A DNA stretch of 64,000 bases from Eledone cirrhosa (GCA_964016885.1 OZ024745.1:57164001-57228000); one strand, 5' to 3'. Positions 1-14,686 are shown, counted from the first letter of the stretch. Notes: generated by a model not told the origin, from the letters alone. Made by a program: numbers and translations.

Positions 1-48
1 ATTTAAACACTCTTATGGATGATTGGTGAATGTATGGTTACATAACCA

Positions 49-92
49 CCGGTGATTTCATCAGCTCCGGTGATTTCATCACTCCCGGTGAT
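49..92. repeat. Short tandem repeat, 3 x CCGGTGATTT(CATCA), period about 18 bp
   Basis: Three consecutive copies read directly in the sequence. Confidence 0.7.
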
Positions 93-857
93 TTTTGTGT
101 GGCACTATCACGCTGTAGACGAACATAAATAAACAAACAAACAAATAGGTTAAAAAAAGAATAAGCATAAGTTTCATTGTAATGTAATGTTTGAATGTCT
201 GACTTAGTTTTTCCCTTCCCTTCTCTGTCTGTCTGTTTTTCTTTTCATTTTTCTTTTCTTTACGTTTTTCGTTGTTGCTATGCTGCTTTGATTTTGATTG
301 TTTGACCGGGTAATCAAATCAGTCTATTTATATCTTATGATGCCTTCCTCTTTTAGTGGGGACACTACGATGCATGTCTTAGCAAGAGGTTGTGGGAGAG
401 AATAGCGGCGGTAGCGATAATGAGGCAGTGGTGGTGGTGATGTGATCGTAGTAGTGTAGTGATGGTGTTTAAGTTGAAGTAGAAATAGAAGTTGAGGTAA
501 CTTGACTAGAGTTTTTAGCGTGGCAGTGGTGGCGGTGTTGATGGTGAAATTATGTTTCTGTCTGTCCACTTAGCCATTTAGCTATTTAGCTATTTAGCCA
601 TTTTGCCATTTTCCTCTTTTTCGACTATAACATTTCTGATCCAAAATTAAATATTAAATATTGGGGCCCTATGCCGTAAAGTGATGCGTTATGGCTTGAT
701 GAGCGTGAAAACTGTAATCTTATTGTTCATTTGTAATAAGAATTATTCTATCACAGTTGTTTTAAAGAAGTAAAAATCAAAAACTTACGGTAGCGATTCC
801 ATAACGATATATATCCACCATGTGCGTTTTCTTCCCTATATATATTATTATTATTAA

Positions 858-897
<40 letters not shown>

Positions 898-1194
898 GTT
901 CTTTGAGTCCCAGTCATTGATGTTATTTAACTGGAAAGTTTCTTGAAATGAATATCAAGCCGCTACCTGCACCCTCAGATATTCAGGACGTATCGGAGAG
1001 TACTTGCTGTTCCCAGCAAGCATGCCTTTTGAGTGTTCCAAAAAGCGGGACTGGACTAATCTTCTTTAACCATCCTTGGAAACTGCGCCTATGACAATCG
1101 GGACGACCTTGATTTCATGGCAGTTCCAAATCCTTTTTAACTCCCACTAAAACGTTTTAACTCCTGGTATTGGTTAATTTTCTCCCTCTCCTGT
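898..1194 (-). mobile_element. 3' fragment of an R4/Dong-like (RLE) non-LTR retrotransposon inserted in (TAA)n
   Basis: Minus strand translates to WELKRIWNCHEIKVVPIVIGA...QKACLLGTASTLRYVLNI*, typical of the RLE C-terminus. Flanked on both sides by (TTA)n, the known Dong target. Confidence 0.75.
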
Positions 1195-1375
1195 ATTATT
1201 ATTATTATTATTATTGCATTTATCTTGCTTTATCTTCATACTAGTTATCTCCAAGTCACAACCAGTGACCTCAAGAGACAACAAGGTCCGCCATGTTCAA
1301 GAAAGAACATACATGCACACATATGCATCTTTAGGTGTTTAGACTTGTGATGTACTTATATTGACAGAATAACTC

Positions 1376-3503
1376 ATAACTCTGCTAAACGCAGAGTTTA
1401 AGATTTGGGCGAAGGTGTTAGCAAAGAGAATAGCGCTTGTCGTGGGTGATCTGGTGGGAGAGGCGCAGACATGTGCCATTCGGGACAGATCCATCCACGA
1501 CAACCTCCATCTATTGCGATACATCATAGAGAGTGTGGGTCAGGAACATCGCACGGGTGGGGTCTTGATCAACTTGGATCAATTTAAAGCATTTGATAGG
1601 TTAGACCATCGATAGCTGGCTGCGGTCCTCGAGGCGGCCGGCACGGGTCCATTTTTAGGGGCTGGATCGCTGCGATGCACAGTGACATCTGCTCGATTGT
1701 GAGGATGAATGGTCACCTGTCTCAGCCGTTCAGCATCATGCGCTCGGTCCGCCAGAGTTGTCCCCTCTCGTCCCTCTTTTACGTATTGGCCCTCAAGCCG
1801 TTACTTCACGAATTGGATACGATGAGGGGGGTCCTACGCTAACTGGGATGCGGGAGATCCGTGTCAGCTTACGCCGACGAGGTCACCGCGGTAGTGTCGA
1901 GCACCAAACATGTCCAGATGCTCGGCACCGCTCTCAAGGAATACGAAACGGTGAGAAGAGCAGAGATAAACAAGATAGGTCGGTGGGCTTGCGACTCGAC
2001 ACCTGGAGAGCAAGTCCATGTCGTCCAACAGCGTCGTGGGGCGCTGGACGGAAGGAACGGTTTAATTGCTCGGGCTCTGGTTCGGTCCGGACCTCCAGAA
2101 GGAGAAAAGCAGGAGCTAGGTGACGGGCAGGGTCGCCTCTCTCACCCAGAAATGGGCCAAGAGAAGGCTGTCTCAGAAATATCGGCTGGAGGTGGCGAAT
2201 GCGTACATCGCATCTGTCATCTGCTACCTCCTGACCGTCGTGTCTCGCCCCCGCACAACTCTTACCAAGATGGAGCGCCTTCTCTTCCACTTTTTTGTGG
2301 AAGGGATGTGCTCCCATGGTCAGATGATCCATTTGCTGTCAATACCCGTTTCATGGAGGACTAGGAATGCCGGGGCTGATGATGCGGAAACATGCGCTGA
2401 AGCTGCGACATCTCTGGTGCTTCCCTGACGGTGACAGGTGTGGTCGCCGTTTTCCAGACGTACTTTAACCCCAGCTCGTCTCCTTGAGGGAGCTGCAGTC
2501 CTGGATCAGGAAAAGACCGAGGGATAGAGCTTGGAAGCTGGGATGTCTCCAAGCGCTCACCGCTCTCTACCAGCTGGGCACTAGTATCGGTGGAACATCC
2601 ACCTTGGCGTTCTATAGAGGGCTAGTGGAGGGGTAGAGCAACGACGTACTCGGGGAGGCCCTGGGCATCGAAGACGACCAGCTGTTCGCTCTCTTCTAGA
2701 GAACTTTCAGCTTGGGGCCTATGGACAACGTCCAGAAATCCCTGGCCGGGCAGTGCTACCGGGGAGTGTTGCTGGTTCGGAATAAGCTCTACAGTCACGG
2801 AGGTGCTGTCAGCCGAGCCTGTTCGAGATGCGTGCAGGGCGTGAAACCGTCCTGCACGCACTCGTTCAATGCCCGAGGATTGCTGACTTGTGGAGCTATG
2901 CCGAACAGCTGCTGTCACGTAGGGCGGATCCGGTTATCGACTGAGTCTTGTACAGATAGCCCCGCCATCCTCCTTTAAAGAGCAGGAAGGGCAGGCAGTT
3001 TTCATCTGCCTGGCGGCAATGGCAAAATATACTGTCTGGTGGACAAGGTTGACAGGGTTGGAGACGGCCACCTTCATCTCCGGCCAATCCCTGATTAACT
3101 TTTTCAAGTTTCACTTGAATAAGAAAATCAGGGTGGAGAGGCAAGTGCTGTCTTTTCGTAAGTTTGTTGAAAGGCGGGTGAAAGTGGTGAGTCTGGTCCG
3201 AGTGAACGGGCCCGCTCTGAGTATGCGCCTGAAGACTGAGGAGTGGGAAAACTGAAAGAGGGCACTTGCCCTGGTGGTCATGGTGGCCGTGGTCTTTTGT
3301 GTGGTTTTCGCCACGAGTGACCCTCGGAGGTTTACCCCTCTTGGGGGAATTTTGTTGTTTGAATTTTTTTTTTTGATTTTTTCGATTTCTATCTTGTTAT
3401 AACCTGTTTACACGGGCAAAACGCACGTTGTATCGTCCTGTGCCGTTCTGTCCCGTCTGTAATGTTTTTCTTCATGTTAGCCCTTGTGGCCAATAAAGAA
3501 ACT
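1376..3503 (+). mobile_element. 5'-truncated, decayed Tx1/L1-clade LINE (RT domain, C-terminal Cys motif, 3' UTR)
   Basis: ITLLNAEFKIWAKVLAKR, QTCAI..RSIHDNLHLLR, LDQFKAFDRLDH, VRQSCPLS and AYADEVT motifs with stops and frameshifts. GC-rich relative to flanks. Ends CCCTTGTGGCCAATAAAGAAA followed by (ATT)n. Confidence 0.9.
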
Positions 3504-3517
3504 ATTACTATTATTAC

Positions 3518-3551
<34 letters not shown>

Positions 3552-4142
3552 TATGAGTATATGATAGCTGCCACTGTGTTATAAGGCCTTGATATGTATG
3601 GTTTATTTCTATATTATTTTGTTTCATTTGAATTTATAAATTGTCATTTACTATTCGATATGCTCCATATATATTTACTGTTGTAAAAGAAATATTGATT
3701 AAAGGAAAATATCATTTCACATAGTGTTAATTCCATATAAGTTATATTGGATCACTGCTAATAAAAATAAATTATAAATTAGATTGTATTTTCTTTATTC
3801 TCAATGGATTGCAAAAATACATAAATCATATAATATAATTCTTTGTAACTCAGCGGTTTGTGATCGTAGAGATATTTGGTTACTATTTTTAATTGTCCAC
3901 GATTTCTTTGTATATAAATAATTGTGGTTCAAGTGAATATGTATATATATGTTCATATACATTCATATACATTCATATACATTGGTTATCTCTTTCCCTA
4001 AACCTTTCTTACACCGAAAATACCTTTTGACCAGCCATGACTGAATACGCCGTTTTTTTTTCCTACCCAATTTTGTTTCTATTTTACCCGTTCCTTCCCA
4101 TTACCACTCTTTACTTTTTATTCATCTTCTATTTCTTACTCT

Positions 4143-4182
4143 ATCTTCTGATGAAGGACTAGTGTCCGAAATATTATGTCTC
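4143..4182 (+). ncRNA. Degenerate minimal hammerhead ribozyme in an old PLE pLTR remnant
   Basis: CTGATGA-aGGACtagtGTCC-GAAA core. Helices I and III are eroded. Confidence 0.45.
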
Positions 4183-4329
4183 TTTTCCTGGTATTTCAAA
4201 CGTTAAAGTAATATATTTGTTACATGTACTGCGCCGTTTGTTTCGTTAGTTTTGTTACTTATGTATACCTTTTACATATATACATACACATTCACACACA
4301 CACACATACACACAAACATACACACCCAT

Positions 4330-5003
<674 letters not shown>

Positions 5004-5079
5004 GCTAACCTAATATATTCCTTCCATATACTGTACCGATTGTATTGTTATTTCTGTTTACCTTTTACACATATATATA

Positions 5080-5099
5080 TAGAGATAGATAGATAGATC

Positions 5100-5164
<65 letters not shown>

Positions 5165-5180
5165 GGAGAGAGAGAGAGAT
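5080..5180. repeat. (GA)n microsatellite
   Basis: Direct reading. Confidence 0.95.
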
Positions 5181-6483
5181 AATTGTGGTTTAAGTGATTG
5201 TAAAAACATAAAATTTGTAGAGGATACAGGGAGCGAAGATCCTGTGAAATAAGTACGGTGTAGTCTATTTGTACAATATTCTGTATATGAAATATATATG
5301 ACGTATGTCTATAGACATGTATATATGAAATATATATGAAATATATATTTCTGTATATGAAATATATATGAAGTATGTCTATATACATACTTCTCTCCAG
5401 CAGGTTCTAAAGTGAGCAGTATTAGTGGTGGCTCGATCAAATCTAACATGACCAATTCTTTGGTAGAAATGCTTAGTCCCCAGAATCAACAACATCTATG
5501 ACATCAATGTTCACTATGAGAACAATAATAATAACAACATCAACAATAAATACATTACCAAAATATTATACAATCTATTATTAAATATACGGAAGTAAGT
5601 AATTGGACGTCTGAATCCTGGGATTACATAGGTTATTTTTGTGTCTAAAAAGACTTGAAAGCAATTTTCGGATGCTAAGTGGGTTCCTTTCTTCTTAATA
5701 ATAAACGTTACCGTATGAGGAAAATGGCACAATTTTTACTTTTTGAAACAGAATAAACGAAAATAATATTTAAACGAAACAAAAAAAGAAAAGAGAAAAT
5801 CGAAACAAAAGAAAAACTACTTCCCTCAGTTTCCGATTAAAATATTTACTAGGAATCAAAGTATTTATTTTTCTCTACAATTTTTTAGTTTGCAAAAATT
5901 TCATTCATTCATTCATTCACTCACTCATTTATTTTCCATTCAATCATTCCAAAGATCTATTTTATGTCTATAACATTATTCGTTTATACTTTTTTTTATA
6001 TTTTCCTCTTATCTTGGCATATTTTCGTAGAGATTGCAGTGATTAAGTAGAATCAGAAATAAACATGTTTTCCTGAGAAATATAAGAAATAAGTACATAC
6101 ATTATTTGAAAGCAAAGGTTTTATCTACAAGATATATTGGAAATACATTCCCCTTTTAGATACATAATCGTTATTAAGATGCTGTAGCATAATTGCTTAA
6201 ATGTAAATATATATTATTCAGTTCAAAGCAATATTGAGGAATTTTCTAAATCAATTAATTGTATGTGTATTTTTCAAAATATTCATCAATAAAATGTTAT
6301 TCTTGTCTGAAGATTTCTGGCATATAAATATAGGTACATAAATAAATAAATGCCACTTTGAATAGCCAATGTGCATTAAATAATAAGAAAAAGAATAAAT
6401 GATGAAGAACATAATAGTGATGATTTTATTAGTAGTAATATTGTAATAATGCTACTACTACTACTTCTACTAATAATAATAAT

Positions 6484-6612
6484 TGTTTCAACCCCGTAAG
6501 GATGAAAGGCAAAATTGACCTCGGCAGGAATTGAACTCAGAGTGTAAAGGGCCGTAACTCTATTCTGCAATTATGGCGTCCGACCTTCTACCGATAGTGC
6601 CAATCCAACGCC
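6484..6612 (-). mobile_element. tRNA-derived Nin/Deu-domain SINE, partial
   Basis: Minus strand has an A-box head, GAGTTCAATTCC B-box and the GCCTTTCATCCTTACGGGGT core. Homologous to the other copies in the window. Confidence 0.85.
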
Positions 6613-6661
6613 ATATAATAATAATAATAATAATAATAATTGTTTGTGTATTACTGGTGCT

Positions 6662-6713
<52 letters not shown>

Positions 6714-7041
6714 TGTTATTTTTTCATTGTTGATAGTGTCTTTGCTTTCTGCCATGCTGGACATTATTTCGTGTACTTTTTTCTTCTGCGCTATATATTC
6801 TTTTAAAGAAATATTGAGTTATGTGTTTGTATTTTAAACATAGAGTTTCCCTTTAAGGCTTTAAAATGGAAGAAAACCGTCCACGTCTCATGAATCCCGG
6901 TCAGGCGAGCCACAAAATAGATTAAAATATCTCAACAAAATACGTTTTAGAAATAATTAAATAAAGAAAAAACATAGATCAGATATACACGAGCCAACAC
7001 ATTCACCCTCAAAGTATAATAATAATTTTATTATTAATAAT

Positions 7042-7226
7042 TGTTTCTACTTTAGGCACAAGGCCAGCAATTACCCAGTGCATTACTGGTACTTTATTTT
7101 ATCGACCCCGTAAGGATGAAAGGCAAAGTCAATCTCAGCGGGATTTGAACTCAGATCGTAAAGGGACGTAACTATGCTGGAAAGCATGGCGTCCGACTCT
7201 CTACCGATACTGCCAATCCACCGCCC
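7042..7226 (-). mobile_element. tRNA-derived Nin/Deu-domain SINE, full length
   Basis: GGGCGGTGGATTGGCAGTATCGG head, GAGTTCAAATCCC B-box, GCCTTTCATCCTTACGGGGTCGATAAAATAAAGTACC core and (ATT)n tail. Confidence 0.92.
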
Positions 7227-7280
7227 TATTTTATTATTAACAATAATAATCCACCGCCCTATTAATTTTATTATTAATAA

Positions 7281-7435
7281 TGGTTCCTGATTTAGGCACA
7301 AGAACAGACATTTTGGGGGAAGTGAAATTTGATTAAATCTACCCCAGTGAGATAATTGTACTATGTTAATCGACCCCGTAATTATGAAGGCAAGTCTAAT
7401 CTTGGCAAAATGTGAACACAAAACGTAAAGTAACG
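7281..7435 (-). mobile_element. Older diverged SINE copy of a related subfamily
   Basis: Diverged match to the TTTAGGCACAAG and ATCGACCCCG...GAAGGCAAG SINE blocks. Confidence 0.6.
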
Positions 7436-8269
7436 TAAATGAATTCTGTCTCACAATTTTTTTTATTTACTACCAGTATTAGAAAAACAATTAACGTCAT
7501 AGAGAATTTAAAACTCAAGTCTGTACAGTCGAAATGATATCATAGCTGCTTACTGATACATGTGTTCCCTCATTCCATCGATATATTGAAGGAATCTTTA
7601 ACTGGAATAGCCAAGGATTTCTGTATAATAATGGGAAAGCCCTAACGTTTCTGACAATGCAAAATAAGTTGCACAAAATAGGCGACATTCATAGAGCATA
7701 TATTTATTATTTACTAAGAATATTTACAATGGAAGGCGAAAAGTATAGAAACGTAGAAACAGTAAATGCCAGAAATGAGAAAGAATTTAAACTGGTAAGA
7801 AGGAAAAACGTATTTCGCAGCGTTAACGGTTTAGTTGTAATACAAGTTTAATATTAAATTAAGCTAGAACAAAATTTTAATTTTCACTTTGAGAAGTAGG
7901 AAATGTATGATAAATAAGAATTTAATGATGCAGTAAATATAGAATTTGCTGTTAGATCATCATCTAGAATATTGCAATGTAGATTGTTGTCAAACAAGGG
8001 CATTATCCAGGCAATTTCTGAATAATTTTTGCCTCTTACACGAATTTCTCGTTCTCATATGTTTTACTCACTAGATCTTCTGTTCACTGCGCTGTACAAG
8101 TGAATGTAAGAAAAATAAATATATATATACATATATATATGTTTATACACATCATATTTTTAATTATAGAAGTAAATATATATATATATATATATATAAT
8201 CAATAAATGTTGAAGAATGCTCAGTTCAATTTCGGCTTCTGACATTCTGTTGTGAATTTACACATGAGA

Positions 8270-8520
8270 ATACGAAATTTGGCGGACACCGTTGTAACAC
8301 TGACGGAGAGGAATTGAAGGCTTTGATGAAAGAGAATTATCGAACAATTGACCAAGTGCTCACAGTAGATAAAGATGTAAGCAATGGAACAATTGGAGGC
8401 AAAGTATCTAGAAGAACGAAGACATATAAATTGAAAAATCACCCATTTGAAATCTGTTTTCGATTCTTTGTGCAAACACGATACATTCCTTTATCAGATT
8501 ACGACATATACCATGTCTGA
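8270..8520 (+). mobile_element. Possible highly decayed mariner transposase remnant
   Basis: GGHRCNTDGEELKALMKEN...VSNGTI...GKV resembles the mariner N-terminal HTH region. Weak match. Confidence 0.35.
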
Positions 8521-10330
8521 AAAAATTTCCTAGTGTAAAGATTTGTAATATAATGGATGTCATCTTATATGTATCACCTGCTCTTTTCTTCTCTTGTTCT
8601 CTTCGGAAAAAACACAATTACCTGTTTCATTTTTGACATTGTTTACCGAAATGTTTGTCACCAGTTCATTTGAAAAGTTCGTCTGAATTGCGTGTCTGTG
8701 AGTATGTATGTTTTGTTCAACCTACTCACTGTGGAAGCTACTGTGTTGCTACTGTGGTGAATTGTATCGAATTATTTATTATAGTCAAAGTTGTGAACTT
8801 TCTGCATCCGACGGGGAGATCTCCCGCCGACGTTTGGGTGGACGAGAGATGTCTTCTTTTGTGAACATAGGTATAGCTTTCATTATGTAAATCTCCCCAT
8901 TTTGCCTCATTCCACCCCGTTTTGGGGCATTTTTTCATGGTACTCTTTTTTTTTTAAGAGGTTGGCAGGTCTGCATAGATACCCTGGTAATCAACCTCAC
9001 AGTCGCTATATGAACTGACACAAAATGGATAAGTATCAGGAAAATATAAATAGCTACCATTAGAAATTACAATGGACTTCAAAAACCCATTTAAAAAATC
9101 GTAGGAATGTTAACCATCGCACATCTATAATTCGAAACATAGTATTTATAACAACTAGCAAAATCATATAATAGCCAATAATTGAACCGAGTTATAACCC
9201 ACTACTACGCAGGCCTAGTGACATGTAGCTGTAGTGGAAGTTAGTAAATTTCGAAATATTCTATATCAATATCTTCAAAATATCAAAATAGTTAGGAAGT
9301 GTAATGTTATTTTTCGATAGTATATTCAAAGTGTATGCCTAATAACTATAACTAGAAACTACATGTATTTAATTAGATAGCACATGTTTTGTATACACAG
9401 TGATTTCTGTCATTATGATTAGCTATTCATACGTAGATAACAAATTTCCAACATCGCACGCTCGGATATAAACAATACACGCACATGGCAGTGATATTTC
9501 CTCTTAATCACTTTGGTTCCAATGTATATTGTAATTTAGAGCTGTTTGCTTAATTCTACGAAGCCACTCTTAATGTCACATTGATAATACTTACCCAAGC
9601 ACGATCACAGAGACTACACATATTAATAGAAATATACGCATGTTTCAATTCTATATACTGTTAACAGCTTTACAGAAATGCTTCTCCTCCAACTCTGTTC
9701 AGGAACTAAAGAAAACAATTATTCGTGATTTGAAATACATGGTGTGTATTGATATTTATATATTTTGTAGGTGCGTATCTCTGTTCATAGGCATATAAAA
9801 ATATATTTATATCAATGAATGTACAGGTATGCGTAGCAGTAAACTCACCCCAGTTTTATAGATAACATCGGACACTTTGTTAGTTATACGTACACAACCG
9901 ATATATGTGATACGAAACCAGAAACAGTATATATGGCATATGATTTAAATCAATTGTATAAATGATATACTGATCACGATTTCTCTGTTCAAGAAACACG
10001 CGCCATCAATTCTTTTCTAGAAAATATTTATTCATGGTGTTGTACTAGATATGAGACGAACAGATACAGAATTAGAAAAGGTATAAAAAGAATAATGAAA
10101 ATAAAATTCTAATCACTGAAAGAGTTTGTATTATATTTTGAATAAAGCAGAAACAGACCCCGTAAATTTCTAAATGGAATTGGACAAATTCCTCCAAGAA
10201 ATCGGTTACACAACTCCCACACCGGATATGTCTCCATAAACAATAACTCCCTACTTGATCTGGCCATTTGAAAATATATATATATATATATATATATTAT
10301 TATTATGTAATAAACAACATAAGGCAATTA

Positions 10331-10390
10331 TTCCATTTACCAGTGGTTTCTTAAAAGCAAAAGGTTTTGCTTTCAATCCTCAGAATGAAA
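10331..10390 (-). ncRNA. Type I hammerhead ribozyme in PLE-A 3' pLTR
   Basis: Minus strand: tttcatt-CUGAGGA-helix II (ttgaaagcaaaa/ttttgcttttaa)-GAAA-CC act GG-UA-aatggaa. GUA cleavage triplet. Confidence 0.85.
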
Positions 10391-10591
10391 AATCCTGGTT
10401 TGTTTATTGAATATGGATTCTAAAAACAAAAATGCAATCTATATGAAAGTGAGGCTGGAAAATGGAGAAGGAAAGGAAAAATAAAATAAAATAAAACTAC
10501 ACATGCAAACACACACAAAAAAACACAAAAGCATACTTACACACACACACATATATACACATATAATTTGCACGCATACACATATACACAT

Positions 10592-10654
<63 letters not shown>

Positions 10655-10716
10655 GAGCGTACACCTACACACACACATACACATATATACACACATATAC
10701 ACATACATATATCCAT

Positions 10717-10763
<47 letters not shown>

Positions 10764-11274
10764 TATATATACACATGTACATATCCATACATATATATAT
10801 ATATATATACATATACATACATATACACATATATACACATATACATACACACACACACACACACACACATCTGTGTGTACAAGCCTACACATACACACAC
10901 ACATATATATACACACACATATACATACATTCACACAAACATACAACGTACATACATACACATACATGAATGCACTCCACTACATATTAACACACGCAAA
11001 TAAATATAAGAAAAAAAAATATAAATAATATTAACAAATATTTGACAGCGATACATGCCCCAGCTAACAGGACAGACACGCGTGGTAAGTAATACACACA
11101 TAAGCACATATACATACGTTCGAAATAGTAAACACATACACACACTCTCACACATAAATATACATATACAAATACATAAACACGTACATACACATACATA
11201 CGCAAACACGTACACGTATACAATATAAACACACACATGTATATGTAATTATATACACACACACACACACACAC

Positions 11275-11317
<43 letters not shown>

Positions 11318-11590
11318 CAAAAATATAAAAATATAAACGCACACACACATATAAATACGTAAACACACATATACATACATAGCTAAACAATTATACACAT
11401 GCAAATACGTATATATCAAAAGAACGCACAACCAAATACAAACACACACGCATATATACACACACACACACACCCACACACAAACCCACACATACATAAA
11501 AATAAATAAAAACACACGCAACATATACATACATACACATACATATATACATATATACATATATACATATACATATATATATATATACAC

Positions 11591-11625
<35 letters not shown>

Positions 11626-11776
11626 CACACATACACGTACACATACACACATGCATACACATACACACACACATATACATGTGTGTATGTGTAAAGCTCA
11701 GTATTAGATAAGACAAATGAACCTTACATAAACGTATATATAGTAGTAAAGTAATAAAGCCATACAAGGCAATTAA

Positions 11777-11834
11777 TCCATTCACCAGAGGTTTCTTAAA
11801 AGCAAAAAAAGTTTCCTTCAATCTTCAGAATGAA
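11777..11834 (-). ncRNA. Second, variant hammerhead in PLE-A 3' UTR (GUG triplet)
   Basis: CUGAAGA...GAAA-CC tct GG-UG-aatgga. Paralogue of the 10331 motif. Confidence 0.7.
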
Positions 11835-11941
11835 AGAAAGCCCTGGTTTATCCACATATACATACATATACACACACAAATATACAAATATATACACACA
11901 TACAGACACGCACACACATATATATATATATATATATACAC

Positions 11942-11982
<41 letters not shown>

Positions 11983-12273
11983 CATATATACATACACATA
12001 TATACACATACATACACATACATACATACATACACATATATATACATACACAAACATATACGTACACATATACATATATACATACAAAAATACATACACA
12101 TATACATAGGTATGTGAAGGGCAAAACAAAAAGAATATATGGGGGGGGGGGCTAAGAGGAGGTAAAAATATAAGGGGAGGTAAGGGAGAACATTTTTTTT
12201 TTTAAATCAAGAGTACAGAAGGTAGAATCAGCAAAATAAAAGCCGTAGCGAAAGTAAAGAGCAGAGAAGGAGT

Positions 12274-12976
12274 TCAAGGCGGTTGATTTATCGTAGGAGT
12301 GTCAATCCAGTTACAGATCAGATGCGATTTCAGATGAGGACAGCATCTGAAGATCTCAGTCTTAGAGTTAAGGCAAGCGGAAGTGTCTCTCAAGTTTAGC
12401 AAAATCCTATACTTTTCTGTGGTACACAAAGAACAATTCTTTGTGCCCCTTTGGTACTCCCTCGAATGGTCTAATATAGACCAATCAATAGCGTACGGGA
12501 TATTACTATCCTTGAGATCCCATACCTTACTTGCGAGGGCCGTTGATGTTCGTTTATCTGAGTGTTTAAAAGAAGCGACATGTGAGTAAAATCTGGTTTT
12601 AAACCTGTCCTGGGTCATACCGACATATCGCTCGCTTCTGGCTGGCTGGTTGTTGATAACTGGCGTTATTTTAGCCTCATAAACGACAGATTTTGTGTTA
12701 CATTTACCCTGCAATGGGCATTCATCCGGCTTCCTGCAACTGCATCCTGGATTTATCCTCGTACGGTTTGAACTGGTGATTTTGGATTTCATGGATGGAC
12801 AACAAGAGTAGCTGATCTTAACTACATTCCTATTAAAAATCTTATAATATCTATGAATAGGAGGAAAATGTTTGTCTAATAGTTCAAGGAATTTCCTTCC
12901 TACATTAGTTTTGACATTTAGGGAGAAGGGGGGTGTGAACCAAATAATCTTCCTTTTCCTGTTATTATGGTTAGTT
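12274..12976 (-). CDS. PLE-A thumb, Zn-linker and GIY-YIG endonuclease (3' part of the ORF, +1 frame)
   Basis: Open frame KTNHNNRKRKIIWFTPPFS...ISYSC runs into the 172 aa ORF with CSCR..CPLQGKC, VVY..YVG, FKTRFYSH and CSLC..EK. Confidence 0.92.
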
Positions 12977-14407
12977 TTAGGGGGGGGGAGTAGGTAAATA
13001 AGAAATATTTTCTGTAAAACCGCTGTTCTTAAGGGCTTTATTATAATAAGGGGCGGCTTTATTAAAAATGTCTATAGACGAAGATAAAGTAGAAATCCTA
13101 CGGCTAATGTTAGGAATAAGATTATTAAAAACTATAGGGGGATGGCAAGACTCTTTGTGTATATACCTAAGATTTTCATTAGGTTTATGATAGGGTTTAA
13201 AAGAGGCAGTAAGTAGATCAAGATTAATATCAAGAAAGTTAGCATTAGTAAGGTTCGTATCTATAGTAATTTTAAGGTTAAGATTAGCAAAGGTACTAAT
13301 TAAATCTTTACGGAATTTATCAAGATTATGGCCATTGGTGGTATGAGAAACTGCTAATCCGTCATCACGGTATAAACCGATATTATGGGACGGAAATTTC
13401 TCTTTGAGTGTGTGGAGAAGGAATAATCCTACTAAGTCGCACACATCCGCACTGTCATAAGAACCCATTGCAACATCGAAAGAGTTTTCAGGGTTTGACT
13501 TTTTAACCCAAATATTATCATTAGTAAAAAGTAAAGTTTTTCTGGCATGAAAGATAATGTCCTCTTCTAATTTGGAGATATTAATGAAGGGTCTTGCAAA
13601 ATCTAAGGCTTTAGTTAATAAGGAAACGGTAATAGAAGGGTAAAAATCGACAATATCAAATTGCGTAAATCTACACTTATTTTTACCTTGTATATTATTG
13701 AACCAAGAAATAACAGAGGAAGTATTTAGCCACTGTGAAAGGACAGTGTTAGTTCTAATTTGGAGAATTATTTTTCTTAAGATTTTCTTACTAGCAAGGC
13801 CAACCTCGGATTTAGCCGGGTTAATCAGTCTACAACTAGGTCGATTAGTAAAGTCCAATTTATGGTCTTTAAGGGTAATATATGCTTTACGCTTAGCTAA
13901 GCTTTCAATCCGGTTATCTATTTGTAAAGAACTAGCTAGTTCTTTAGCTTCTTTATTGATAGTATTGTAGTTATTATTATTAGTTAATTGATAATTATTG
14001 GTAATACTATTAGTTAAAAGTTGGTTATACAAATTACTATTAACTTCAAAGAGGTTTTTGGTTTTATCAGAAAGAACGAAAGTGTTTGTAGAATTTCTAA
14101 AATTAGAGATATCGTGAGAAAGTTTAGTTTGAAAATTATTATTGTACTTACGAAATTTGATATCACTAATTAAATTAACGAGGTCTAATTCGAAGTTGGC
14201 CATGTCTTTAATTCTAGGTGGATATTTACGGGATTTAATGTCAAAATTATCTTTAGTATCAGCACTGAATAGTCCATCGTAAACCATTGCCTTCCATCTC
14301 ATTCTTTTAACGACTTGCTCGATTTTATCAATGAGGATTTTGGTGTATGTTGTGTTGGAAGGAGTGGGTATGTTTTTGATAGAATAATCCAAATCATAAA
14401 GGTCCAT
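12977..14407 (-). CDS. PLE-A reverse transcriptase (5' part of a single ORF, stopped after a C9 run)
   Basis: 476 aa ORF with YSIKNIP, FDIVDFYPSI, MGSYDSA, GLYRDDGL and FLDINLDL motifs. Confidence 0.93.
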   Translation of the reverse strand: MDLYDLDYSIKNIPTPSNTTYTKILIDKIEQVVKRMRWKAMVYDGLFSADTKDNFDIKSRKYPPRIKDMANFELDLVNLISDIKFRKYNNNFQTKLSHDISNFRNSTNTFVLSDKTKNLFEVNSNLYNQLLTNSITNNYQLTNNNNYNTINKEAKELASSLQIDNRIESLAKRKAYITLKDHKLDFTNRPSCRLINPAKSEVGLASKKILRKIILQIRTNTVLSQWLNTSSVISWFNNIQGKNKCRFTQFDIVDFYPSITVSLLTKALDFARPFINISKLEEDIIFHARKTLLFTNDNIWVKKSNPENSFDVAMGSYDSADVCDLVGLFLLHTLKEKFPSHNIGLYRDDGLAVSHTTNGHNLDKFRKDLISTFANLNLKITIDTNLTNANFLDINLDLLTASFKPYHKPNENLRYIHKESCHPPIVFNNLIPNISRRISTLSSSIDIFNKAAPYYNKALKNSGFTENISYLPTPPP

Positions 14408-14626
14408 GGTGTATGTTGGTTAAATTCCTGAAAACTGTAGAGTGCTCAACTAATCGGGCTGGAAAGTGCCAATCGTATATGTAATATCGAATATGCTGCG
14501 ATCAATCCCGGTTGGAGCTGTATAAATGAAGTAATTCCATCGGAAAAGTCCAGGAAAAAAGAGTGCTCTATGTAAGCAACAGAGCTTAATTATTATTATT
14601 ATGTAATAAACAACATAAGGCAATTA

Positions 14627-14686
14627 TTCCATTTACCAGTGGTTTCTTAAAAGCAAAAGGTTTTGCTTTCAATCCTCAGAATGAAA
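14627..14686 (-). ncRNA. Type I hammerhead ribozyme in PLE-A 5' pLTR
   Basis: Identical to the 10331-10390 motif, about 220 nt upstream of the ORF start. Confidence 0.85.

Noticed and set aside
5390-5500. Candidate host exon after TTCTCTCCAG
   Set aside because: No recognisable protein and no partner exons.
7042-7226. Functional tRNA genes
   Set aside because: The A/B boxes belong to multicopy SINE heads with a conserved core and tail. No intact cloverleaf.
13698-13970. Antisense ORFs over PLE coding regions (also 12383-12589, 27284-27595)
   Set aside because: Shadow frames of the RT/EN genes.
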